DNA from: a virus
Lineage: Duplodnaviria; Caudoviricetes
DNA: 40,130 nucleotides
Direction: 5' to 3' (one strand)
IMG/VR virus record: IMGVR_UViG_3300032334_000790
Span: 1 to 40,130 of that record
In this document: in pieces, positions 1 to 7,388 of the stretch
How positions within the stretch are numbered: position 1 is the first letter of the stretch
How the letters are laid out: each line of letters begins with the position of its first letter
Translations under genes and position numbers: made by a program
The notes under the pieces: generated by a model
The model's database searches: none
Told to the model about the DNA's origin: nothing
Seen by the model: the letters and a program-made list of their open reading frames with translations, nothing else

Positions 1-123
1 GCAAAAATAAATGATTGACTGGGATGGTTTATTTATTGGCGTAGTTGTTGGCGGCTTTATTGCATTGTTGCTTGAGGCATATCTCAATGACTGATCAGAC
101 CGAAGATCCCGTTTTAAAAAAGC
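1..123. repeat. Terminal direct duplication (identical to 40008..40130); indicates a circular/complete contig
   Basis: GCAAAAATAAATGATTGAC...TTAAAAAAGC is present at both ends. Confidence 0.95.
11..94 (+). CDS. Small hydrophobic peptide (27 aa, MIDWDGLFIGVVVGGFIALLLEAYLND)
   Basis: Hand-translated; single TM-like stretch; overlaps the next ATG. Confidence 0.45.
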   Translation: MIDWDGLFIGVVVGGFIALLLEAYLND

Positions 124-185
124 TTAAAAAGCTAAGAAAGAAAATAAAAAAACTAAAACACGCTATAAGACGGATTAAAAAGTGA
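87..185 (+). CDS. Small Lys-rich peptide (32 aa, MTDQTEDPVLKKLKKLRKKIKKLKHAIRRIKK)
   Basis: Hand-translated; GAGG upstream; stop overlaps the GTG of the next gene. Confidence 0.45.
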   Translation: MTDQTEDPVLKKLKKLRKKIKKLKHAIRRIKK

Positions 186-400
186 CCGACGAAGTTGATA
201 AGCCGAAACATTATATCGGTCATCCTAGCGGAATTGAGTGTATAACTGTGACCGAACACATGAATTTTTGCCTTGGCAATGCCATGAAATATCTATGGCG
301 GGCAGGGCAAAAAGGCGATGCTGTGACCGATTTGAAAAAAGCCCGCTGGTATATTGACCGAGAGATTGACCGATTGACTAGGCTTATTGTGACCGAATAA
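182..400 (+). CDS. DUF3310 / SaV-like phage protein
   Basis: VDKPKHY...IECI...FCLGNAMKYLWRAGQK...DLKKARWYI signature. Confidence 0.85.
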   Translation: MTDEVDKPKHYIGHPSGIECITVTEHMNFCLGNAMKYLWRAGQKGDAVTDLKKARWYIDREIDRLTRLIVTE

Positions 401-416
401 ACCAAGCGAGGTAAAA

Positions 417-695
417 ATGACCGATGAAGAATTAATTGCAGAGCCAATTTTGTCTGAATATCAAAAAAAAAGAATTGCTTTGCGTGATATTTATATAAAA
501 GAATATAAAAAAGCTAAAGCAAATCTTATGGTTGCAGAAAATGAACTATATAAAAAATACAAGCGCGAACTTTCACCATACAAAACAAAAGTTTCCCGCG
601 TTAGGTCAAACTATAAGCAAGCATTGAAACGAATAGAAAACAAATGGCTTAAAAATAATCCCGGTAAAGAACTTCCAGAAATTAAAATTTGTTAG
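417..695 (+). CDS. Hypothetical basic coiled-coil protein
   Basis: GAGG RBS; 92 aa ORF in operon context. Confidence 0.65.
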   Translation: MTDEELIAEPILSEYQKKRIALRDIYIKEYKKAKANLMVAENELYKKYKRELSPYKTKVSRVRSNYKQALKRIENKWLKNNPGKELPEIKIC

Positions 696-704
696 GGGGC
701 AAAA

Positions 705-959
705 ATGCGTAACGTGTTGATTATGAGTCTATTTCTAATCATGACCGATTATGTCTCAGCGCAAGAGCTTGCGACACAGCATCGGTTTTATGATAGCAAC
801 GGCAATTACACTGGCTCAGCTATGACCGATAACATGACGGGCAGGACAGATTTTTACGGGCAGCAAGGTCAATATGTTGGTGACGCGCAACCGAACGGAA
901 ACGGCGGTTATTATTTTTATGATCAAAGCGGCGTCAATGTGGGATCAATGACCGAATAA
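705..959 (+). CDS. Small exported protein with YD-x-x-G beta-hairpin repeats
   Basis: N-terminal signal-like segment; repeats FYDSNGNYTGS / FYGQQGQYVGD / FYDQSGVNVGS. Confidence 0.65.
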   Translation: MRNVLIMSLFLIMTDYVSAQELATQHRFYDSNGNYTGSAMTDNMTGRTDFYGQQGQYVGDAQPNGNGGYYFYDQSGVNVGSMTE

Positions 960-1052
960 AAAGGTTGCGTATGTCATAGCTGACCTTCAAACTATTGACA
1001 CTGACCGGATAATGTGAGAGAAAAAGGCATAGCCGGTAACGGCTGCGTGATT

Positions 1053-1081
1053 TGCCCGCCGTTTTGAGCGGGCATTTTTTT
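1053..1081 (+). terminator. Intrinsic terminator at the convergence of rightward and leftward units
   Basis: TGCCCGC-loop-GCGGGCA followed by a T run. Confidence 0.7.
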
Positions 1082-1292
1082 ATTCAAGCCCTATCAGTTT
1101 TCGAGCGGGCTTACAGTTGATCAAAATATACATGACAAGAGACACAGAACCGGGAACCGTATTCGGTTTGCCGTGTCTCTCTCCATGTTCCCACGCTCTT
1201 AATGTTCTTTCGTCAACGCTAAGCAAATCGGCCAAGTCATTGACCGATAAGCCTAGCTGATTGCGCGCCTCTTTTAATTCGTCGGCGGTCAT
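1080..1292 (-). CDS. XRE/Cro-type helix-turn-helix protein
   Basis: ELKEARNQLGLSVNDLADLLSVDERTLRAWEHG. Confidence 0.85.
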   Translation of the reverse strand: MTADELKEARNQLGLSVNDLADLLSVDERTLRAWEHGERHGKPNTVPGSVSLVMYILINCKPARKLIGLE

Positions 1293-1513
1293 TTAGATAG
1301 CGCCCAATTTGCTATTTCGCCAGCCGATAGCCCGTCGCTGAAAGCATTTCCTATTTTATCACATAGCCATTTTTTATGGCGCTCTATATTGACGGTATCT
1401 TCTGGATCAACACCTTCAAAAAATTTGACGGAAGCAATAGCATAAGCCTCATTGGCTTTGTCTATTTGTTCCTGTGTTGCTTCCCAATTATCGGCATTAA
1501 ATGGTTTTGTCAT
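1289..1513 (-). CDS. Hypothetical protein
   Basis: Coupled to the HTH gene (ATGA overlap). Confidence 0.65.
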   Translation of the reverse strand: MTKPFNADNWEATQEQIDKANEAYAIASVKFFEGVDPEDTVNIERHKKWLCDKIGNAFSDGLSAGEIANWALSK

Positions 1514-1524
1514 TGTCCTATTCC

Positions 1525-2052
1525 TTATGCTGCTAGAGCTGCTTTGAGAAATTCTCTTGCCGCTTCGGTTAAATTATCGTTAGCCGCTATTTTTTCGGCT
1601 ATGTCAGATTTGACGCCGAAGCGAGCAAAGAAAGCCGCCCATTGCGTTTTGTCTAGTTTTGCCAGAATAGCCGCCGCCGCGTCAATTTTGCGCTGTGTGA
1701 CGCGCTGAGCTGATTTGCGGGCCGGTTTGATTGCTGGCTCTTGAACCGTTGGCGCTTCTGCTTGATTGTTGAACCGATAAAGCGGCTTGCCGTTTTTGTC
1801 TTGGCCAACAATTTCCGCCTGAGCAAGAATAGATGCCGCAAGCGGTTTGTTATAAATAGACAACCCTTTGCGACGTGCCTTTTGTTCTGCGCTCAAATAA
1901 TCGCCGTAAACTTTACCAGTTTTAACGTTTACATATTTACCAGAAATTTCGAATACGTTTCCGTTATTGTTATTTATTAAGCCGGGTTTATTCCATAGCT
2001 CTTCGCACTGTTTTTTGATTTGCGCTGCGGTTAAGTGCTCAGAATGTTTCAT
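1525..2052 (-). CDS. Hypothetical protein
   Basis: AAGGA RBS; 175 aa. Confidence 0.7.
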   Translation of the reverse strand: MKHSEHLTAAQIKKQCEELWNKPGLINNNNGNVFEISGKYVNVKTGKVYGDYLSAEQKARRKGLSIYNKPLAASILAQAEIVGQDKNGKPLYRFNNQAEAPTVQEPAIKPARKSAQRVTQRKIDAAAAILAKLDKTQWAAFFARFGVKSDIAEKIAANDNLTEAAREFLKAALAA

Positions 2053-2168
2053 TTGTCTGTTTCCTTTTGAGGCGGGCGCTGGCCCTTAGATGAAAAAATA
2101 GACGATAGGCTGTAAAAGCAGGGTAGCTGCTAACGCGAAGGCTAGGCAGTAAAGAGTCTCAATAGCCA

Positions 2169-2441
2169 TTAGACTGCCTCCGTCACAGCGTAGTCTTTGA
2201 TCATGTGTTTGGCTATTTCATACCAATTAACATCGGCAAGAAACGCTAAAGCATAATCAACGGCGAATCCGTCATTGCCTTCGCAAATTAATTCTTCGGC
2301 GTATTCTTTAAGAATTTGAGAAAGATCATAAGGATCTTTTTCTTCTTGAATCCATTCACGCGGTTCCATGCCGTCGAATATTTCAAGATTAACGCGCCAT
2401 GTGGCGTAGTTAGTCCAACCGTTATAATCTGTGTTTGTCAT
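2169..2441 (-). CDS. Conserved acidic phage hypothetical protein (YNGWTNYATW family)
   Basis: GGAGA RBS at 2449-2453 favours ATG at 2441; motif YNGWTNYATWRVNLE...VNWYEIA. Confidence 0.75.
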   Translation of the reverse strand: MTNTDYNGWTNYATWRVNLEIFDGMEPREWIQEEKDPYDLSQILKEYAEELICEGNDGFAVDYALAFLADVNWYEIAKHMIKDYAVTEAV

Positions 2442-2488
2442 TGTCATGTCTCCATAATGGCGGGTGAAAACCCTTAGTGACAAGAATA

Positions 2489-2517
2489 GATATAGTGGGT
2501 AAATTACCCGCAGTCAA
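2489..2517 (-). promoter_or_regulatory. Leftward sigma70-like promoter with a palindromic operator in its spacer
   Basis: Minus strand TTGACT-N17-TATATC; inverted repeat GGGTAA-A-TTACCC at 2497-2509. Confidence 0.6.
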
Positions 2518-2569
2518 TATCAAATAAGCAGAAACATTAAATTATTTTCACGCCAGCAACTCGAAAGAA

Positions 2570-3145
2570 TTGGCAAGAGTGCAGATAGTGTCACAGACAG
2601 ATAACAAGCCCGCTAAAAACAAATCATCGCCAGAAAAAGAAGCGCGCGAAAAGAATAAAAGCGGTAGACCTAGCTCATACTCAGAAGAGTTAGCGCAAGA
2701 GATATGTAAGAGAGTATCACTAGGAGAAAGCCTCAATGCGATAAGCAAAGAGGAAAACATGCCTAGCCATGATACAATCTACAGGTGGCTGAGAGAAGAG
2801 AAAGCATTCTCTGATAATTACGCGCTCGCCCGCGAAGAACGCGGCTTAACTTATGGCGATAAGCTCAGCGATTTGATTGATAGTGTATTAGATGGAACAT
2901 ACCCGCCCGATGTTGCCAGGGTTGCTATAGATGCTTTGAAGTGGCAGGCAGCAAGGCTTGCGCCTAAGCATTACGGCGATAAACAAGAGGTTACGGTCAA
3001 TCAGACTGTAAGCATTGCGCACGCTGATGCTTTGATGGCGTTAGCAAATAAAGCGCGTGAGGCTAAGCTATTATCATCCCCGAATGTAATAGACATAACA
3101 CCACAACGGTTTGTTGATCCCATACCAGATGAACAAGATCAATGA
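2570..3145 (+). CDS. terS: Terminase small subunit (Sf6 gp1-like)
   Basis: GRPSSYSEELAQEIC...MPSHDTIYRWL...IDALKWQAARLAPKHYGDK; upstream of terL; exact start uncertain. Confidence 0.85.
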   Translation: MARVQIVSQTDNKPAKNKSSPEKEAREKNKSGRPSSYSEELAQEICKRVSLGESLNAISKEENMPSHDTIYRWLREEKAFSDNYALAREERGLTYGDKLSDLIDSVLDGTYPPDVARVAIDALKWQAARLAPKHYGDKQEVTVNQTVSIAHADALMALANKAREAKLLSSPNVIDITPQRFVDPIPDEQDQ

Positions 3146-3190
3146 CTTAACGCGCTGTGTGTGTAGTTTGTGTGTGTTGACTGTGTGTGG
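3137..3190. repeat. IHF-like site followed by three TGTGTGT(A/G) repeats about 12 bp apart
   Basis: GATCAATGACTTA then TGTGTGTAG / TGTGTGTGT / TGTGTGTGG. Confidence 0.6.
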
Positions 3191-3315
3191 CGCTATTAGG
3201 GACAAGGCGACATAGACCCCCCCCCTATGGTGTGACCACCCCTGGGGGCGGCTGCTGTAGCATGCCTCCTCCCTCTACAAAAAAATATAAAAAATCTTTC
3301 CGAACCGCAGGTGAG

Positions 3316-3501
3316 ATGATCCGTTTTAAAGACGATCCCCTAGCTGAATTGAAACAGCGTGTCGCTAATCTTGAGACTGAATTGAGACTACTGAAGTCTC
3401 ACCTTGAGACAAAACCAGTCTCACAAGTCTCACGCCCTTGGGTAACTGCTGGCGTGTCTAAGGCGACGTGGTATCGCCGCAAGCAATCTAAGGTTTCGTA
3501 A
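3316..3501 (+). CDS. Small coiled-coil protein with C-terminal HTH-like motif
   Basis: RPWVTAGVSKATWYRR resembles the PW...G.S..TWYRR helix-turn-helix motif; ATG at 3316 preferred over GTG at 3187. Confidence 0.6.
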   Translation: MIRFKDDPLAELKQRVANLETELRLLKSHLETKPVSQVSRPWVTAGVSKATWYRRKQSKVS

Positions 3502-3740
3502 TGAGACTGTATTTCAATCGTTGCCGTGTGTGTGGACAGGCGCATGATGTTGGCGCTCCGCATAAGTTTGGCAAGGCTGCTGATGTTAGGCGAGGTCAGC
3601 CCTCACAATTGACTCCAGAAGCCATAGAAACTCTCAGCAGCGCCTTTGGTGGTGTATCCCCCGCTGATACACCACCCACCCCTATAGGGGCCTCTCAGCG
3701 TCGTCCTGGGCGTCCAAAAAAAATAGAAAGCAATGCCTGA
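3501..3740 (+). CDS. Hypothetical protein (CxxC-H putative Zn motif, C-terminal GRP AT-hook-like motif)
   Basis: CRVCGQAH...H and RRPGRPKK; coupled start. Confidence 0.6.
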   Translation: MRLYFNRCRVCGQAHDVGAPHKFGKAADVRRGQPSQLTPEAIETLSSAFGGVSPADTPPTPIGASQRRPGRPKKIESNA

Positions 3741-4845
3741 TCAACGAGAAACCACACTAAGCGCTTATACGCCTACGTGGCGAGATAGGCTTGCTGGTTT
3801 ATTGATGGGCGATGCCCCCGCTTCTCCAGAGCGGAGAAACTTTGTCGGCGGTTTACTTGGTTCTACTGGATTAGGTTCAAACGGCGCTGGTGTTGTTGAT
3901 GCAACTCCGTTAGGCGGCTTGCTAAGTATGCAAGAGGCGAAGAATCCTAGAGAGGCTTCGTTGGCTATGCTTGGTTTATTGCCGGGCGCAAATGTAGCGA
4001 ATAAGGCGGTTAGCGCTGCTGAACATGCTGCTCCTGCTGCTGAGCGATATATAACCGCGTATCATGGTTCGCCGCATAGCTTTGATCGGTTTGACACGTC
4101 AAAAATAGGCACGGGCGAAGGCGCTCAAGTTTATGGGCGGGGGTTGTATTTTTCTGACAATGAGGATGTAGCAAAAGGTTATCGAGACGGTCTTTCGTCA
4201 AGCAATGTTCTTTCAGCTGATGGTCGCCGTGTAGACGATATGCCTGGTCATGAGCGCGAGGTAATGAACTATCTCGTTAGAACTGGCAAAACTCCGGAAG
4301 ATGCAGTTAAGCATTTTACCGCCCAAGCTGAAAAAGATAATGAAATGATGAGAGCATTAGAAATGCCCGTTTCATCATCTGCAAAAGATCCGAGAATTGA
4401 ATTTGCAAAAGGTTTATCTGCTACGCCGGATTTTGAAAGCGTTCCAAGCGGTAGAATGTATCAAGTTCGGATCAATGCTGACCCTGAACATTTTCTTGAT
4501 TGGGATAAGCCACTTAATCAACAATCTGAAGTTGTTAAAAATAAAGTTTTAAATAGTCGCAATTTTATTAACAGAACAGATCCAGAAGAAAGATTTAATT
4601 TAACTGGAAAAGATATTTACGGGATGGGGCATGATCAACTCAAAAATTCTGGTATTCCTGGAATTAAATACTTAGATCAGGGATCACGTGGCGGCGGCAA
4701 GGGAACAAGCAACTACGTTGTTTTTAATGATGACATTGTTGATATTATGAAGAAATACGGTCTAGTCGGCTTATTAGGCGGTGGCGCTGCTTACAATGGT
4801 ATGGGGCAACAGCAACAGCAACAGCATCAGCCAGATGAAATGTAA
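3733..4845 (+). CDS. ADP-ribosyltransferase-fold protein of the polyvalent-protein type, with a Gly/Leu-rich N-terminus
   Basis: AYHGSPHSFDRFD..KIGTGEGAQVYGRGLYFS...GIPGIKYLD...NYVVF. Confidence 0.65.
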   Translation: MPDQRETTLSAYTPTWRDRLAGLLMGDAPASPERRNFVGGLLGSTGLGSNGAGVVDATPLGGLLSMQEAKNPREASLAMLGLLPGANVANKAVSAAEHAAPAAERYITAYHGSPHSFDRFDTSKIGTGEGAQVYGRGLYFSDNEDVAKGYRDGLSSSNVLSADGRRVDDMPGHEREVMNYLVRTGKTPEDAVKHFTAQAEKDNEMMRALEMPVSSSAKDPRIEFAKGLSATPDFESVPSGRMYQVRINADPEHFLDWDKPLNQQSEVVKNKVLNSRNFINRTDPEERFNLTGKDIYGMGHDQLKNSGIPGIKYLDQGSRGGGKGTSNYVVFNDDIVDIMKKYGLVGLLGGGAAYNGMGQQQQQQHQPDEM

Positions 4846-6239
4846 TGTCTAGCATACAGACTGCGTTTGAAGCGTTTGTAGAAGAATATCGGGATCATCC
4901 TGTTTTATTTGTTGAGCAGGTATTGGAGGCTAAGCCTCTTACTTGGCAAAAAGATTTTTTAAATGCGATTGCTTCTGGCGAGAGAAGAATCTCGGTAAGA
5001 GCGGGCCACGGTGTTGGTAAGTCTACAGCTTGCTCTTGGGCGTTAATATGGCATTTGCTAACGAGGTTTCCACAGAAAGCAATATGCACAGCGCCTACGG
5101 CGGGGCAATTGTTTGATGCTTTATTCTCGGAAGTGAAGCACTGGATTAATCGCTTACCCCCCTCATTGCGGGATGCAATAGAGGTTTATTCGGACAGGAT
5201 TGTTCAAAAAGGAACGCCTGAGAGTAGTTTTATCTCTGCTAGGACATCGAGTGCTGAGCGGCCTGAAGCCTTGGCGGGTGTTCACTCTGAGCATGTGCTT
5301 TTAATCTGCGACGAGGCAAGTGCTATCCCCGAAGCCGTGTTTGAGTCTGCGGCGGGTAGTATGTCCGGTCACTCTGCTACAACGATCCTGATTGGAAACC
5401 CGACCAGAAATACGGGTTTATTCTTTAGAACACACCATAGTCTGTCGTCTGACTGGAAGACGATGCACGTTAGTTGTTTAGATAATCCTTTGGTGGCAAA
5501 TGACTTTATTAGTCAAATTAAAGCAACCTATGGCGAAGGCTCTAACGCTTATAGGGTGCGGGTGCTTGGTGAGTTTGCACTTCATGATGATGACGTCCTT
5601 ATTTCTGCTGAGCTTGTTGATGGAGCTATGCAGAGGGATGTTGTTCTTAACAACACGGAACCCCTGATATACGGGGTGGACGTTGCTCGTTTTGGTGACG
5701 ATAGAACTGTAATCTGTAAGCGACAGGGCAGCGTTGTCGTTGGCTTTAAGCATTGGACGGGCGAAGACTTAATGGGAACAGTCGGAAGGATTGTTCATGA
5801 AGCAAGTCTGGATAAGCCTGAAGAGATTTGTGTTGACTCTATTGGACTTGGTGGTGGTGTTGCTGACCGTCTTCGTGAACTGGGTCATAACGTCAGAGAC
5901 GTCAACGTATCGGAGTCCTCTGCGCTCAATCAGCAGGCGGCGCGATTAAGAGACGAATTATGGATGGCGACGAAGGACTGGTTAGACACCCGTTCTGTAA
6001 AGCTACCAAAAGATGATGATTTACGGGCAGAGCTAACCGGGCCAACATATAGTTTTACCAGTAACGGCAAGATTAAAGTAGAGGGTAAGTCTGAGATGAA
6101 GCGCCGAGGAATGCGCTCTCCTGACTTGGCTGACGCGCTTTGTTTGACCTTTGCAAGTCAAGCAGCCGGGGTGGGTGGACGGGCGCTGCGGTGGGTTCCC
6201 GGCAAGCCATTAAAACGGAATTTATCGGGGATAGTGTGA
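4845..6239 (+). CDS. terL: Terminase large subunit
   Basis: Walker A AGHGVGKS, Walker B LICDEA, GNP motif, nuclease motifs GVDVARFGDD and SPDLADA. Confidence 0.95.
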   Translation: MSSIQTAFEAFVEEYRDHPVLFVEQVLEAKPLTWQKDFLNAIASGERRISVRAGHGVGKSTACSWALIWHLLTRFPQKAICTAPTAGQLFDALFSEVKHWINRLPPSLRDAIEVYSDRIVQKGTPESSFISARTSSAERPEALAGVHSEHVLLICDEASAIPEAVFESAAGSMSGHSATTILIGNPTRNTGLFFRTHHSLSSDWKTMHVSCLDNPLVANDFISQIKATYGEGSNAYRVRVLGEFALHDDDVLISAELVDGAMQRDVVLNNTEPLIYGVDVARFGDDRTVICKRQGSVVVGFKHWTGEDLMGTVGRIVHEASLDKPEEICVDSIGLGGGVADRLRELGHNVRDVNVSESSALNQQAARLRDELWMATKDWLDTRSVKLPKDDDLRAELTGPTYSFTSNGKIKVEGKSEMKRRGMRSPDLADALCLTFASQAAGVGGRALRWVPGKPLKRNLSGIV

Positions 6240-6424
6240 CAGCGGAAAGTTGTGGAATTAAGGATTATTTACAATCCTTAATTGAACAAATACGGCACGA
6301 AGAAAGAGAACGTGCGGCGCAAATCGTTGAAGATTGGCCGGTTACGACAAATTACATTGTTCAAAAGATTTATGTGGAACAACGTCGCAAAGACATAGCA
6401 AAAGCCATACGAGAGCAGAAATGA
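6236..6424 (+). CDS. Hypothetical protein (ERERAA helix type)
   Basis: GTG overlapping the terL stop; EERERAAQIVE...IAKAIR. Confidence 0.55.
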   Translation: MTAESCGIKDYLQSLIEQIRHEERERAAQIVEDWPVTTNYIVQKIYVEQRRKDIAKAIREQK

Positions 6425-7119
6425 TCAACGTTGCCTGTGTGCTCAGCAATGTAGGCGAGCTCTATGGCGTTGATTATGTTTATAAGCTGAAAAGATCCTT
6501 TGAGCGGCATTTAAATACTGATTATCGGTTTTACTGTTTTACCAATGTTCAGATCCCCGATGTGGCTACAATTGAGCTACGTCATGATTGGCATGGCCTT
6601 TGGTCTAAGATTGAAATGTTTCGGCCCCACGCTTTGAGCGGGCCGACTCTTTATTGTGATTTAGACGTAATTCTAACTGGCGACGTTACAGAACTGGCGA
6701 AATATAAAAGTAGAGCCGGTTTCTTTATGATTGATGACGTGCCTGAATATCCCCAGGTCGATAATTCTACATTGATGTGGTGGGATAGCGATAATCCTGC
6801 TTGGTATGGGATTTACGAAGAGTTTGCCCGTCGGCCACGTCATTTTATGGAAAAGCATAGTTGGGATGGCGCTAAGCCTGAAAACTTTGCGGATCAATCT
6901 TATATCGCTGAATATTTACGGTTCTTTGGAAAGAAGCCCGTTCATTGGCAGAAATGCTTTCCGAAAGAATGGTTCAAGATTTTTTCTGCGCATGGCCGCA
7001 TGACTGAGGATGCTCAGAAATGGGAACCTAATGATGGTTCTCGCTTTTGGTATGCCTTGGGTCAGCCTAAAGCGCATCAGAAAACACACCTGCCTCTTGT
7101 AGAGAAGAATTGGATTTAG
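6421..7119 (+). CDS. GT-A fold glycosyltransferase
   Basis: INVACV...YVYKL...FYCFT, WSKIEMF, DxD (YCDLDV), NSTLMWW, DQ; start ATG 6421. Confidence 0.75.
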   Translation: MINVACVLSNVGELYGVDYVYKLKRSFERHLNTDYRFYCFTNVQIPDVATIELRHDWHGLWSKIEMFRPHALSGPTLYCDLDVILTGDVTELAKYKSRAGFFMIDDVPEYPQVDNSTLMWWDSDNPAWYGIYEEFARRPRHFMEKHSWDGAKPENFADQSYIAEYLRFFGKKPVHWQKCFPKEWFKIFSAHGRMTEDAQKWEPNDGSRFWYALGQPKAHQKTHLPLVEKNWI

Positions 7120-7121
7120 CC

Positions 7122-7388
7122 ATGGTCAAGAAAACCGGCAAAGCTGCTCAGCCTGTATGGGTAAAGAAGGGCCAAGCGGCCAAAGTAGGCCCGACGCCTC
7201 ACCCAAATGGTCTATCTAAACTTGGCGATTCGTTTGCAAAGATAAATGCAAATCCAAATCTAAAAGACAAAGTAGGCAATGGCCGTATTGAACATGATGA
7301 GATGAATAACCCTAAAGGCATTTCAAGCAAGAAGCCTGCGCCAATGAAGCCTGCAATGGGTAAGATGCGCCAGCCAAAGGGCCTCTAA
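7122..7388 (+). CDS. Small basic Lys/Pro-rich protein upstream of portal
   Basis: ORF abuts the portal start. Confidence 0.6.
   Translation: MVKKTGKAAQPVWVKKGQAAKVGPTPHPNGLSKLGDSFAKINANPNLKDKVGNGRIEHDEMNNPKGISSKKPAPMKPAMGKMRQPKGL

Noticed and set aside
1-123. Terminal repeat as a biological DTR
   Set aside because: It cuts through coding sequence and is most simply an assembly circularisation overlap; this cannot be settled without reads
995-1025. Promoter at TTGACA (995-1000)
   Set aside because: No -10 hexamer at 16-18 bp spacing
183-1247. CRISPR array
   Set aside because: Repeats are only 7 bp, irregularly spaced and inside ORFs; no cas genes
1080-1513. Toxin-antitoxin pair
   Set aside because: The HTH resembles antitoxin HTHs, but the upstream 74-aa ORF shows no toxin motif I recognise
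3187-3315. Upstream extensions in the ORF track (also 6334, 15271, 20988, 23396, 33198, 35542, 36514, 36520)
   Set aside because: They overlap regulatory DNA or neighbouring genes; downstream ATGs with RBS or stop-start coupling fit better
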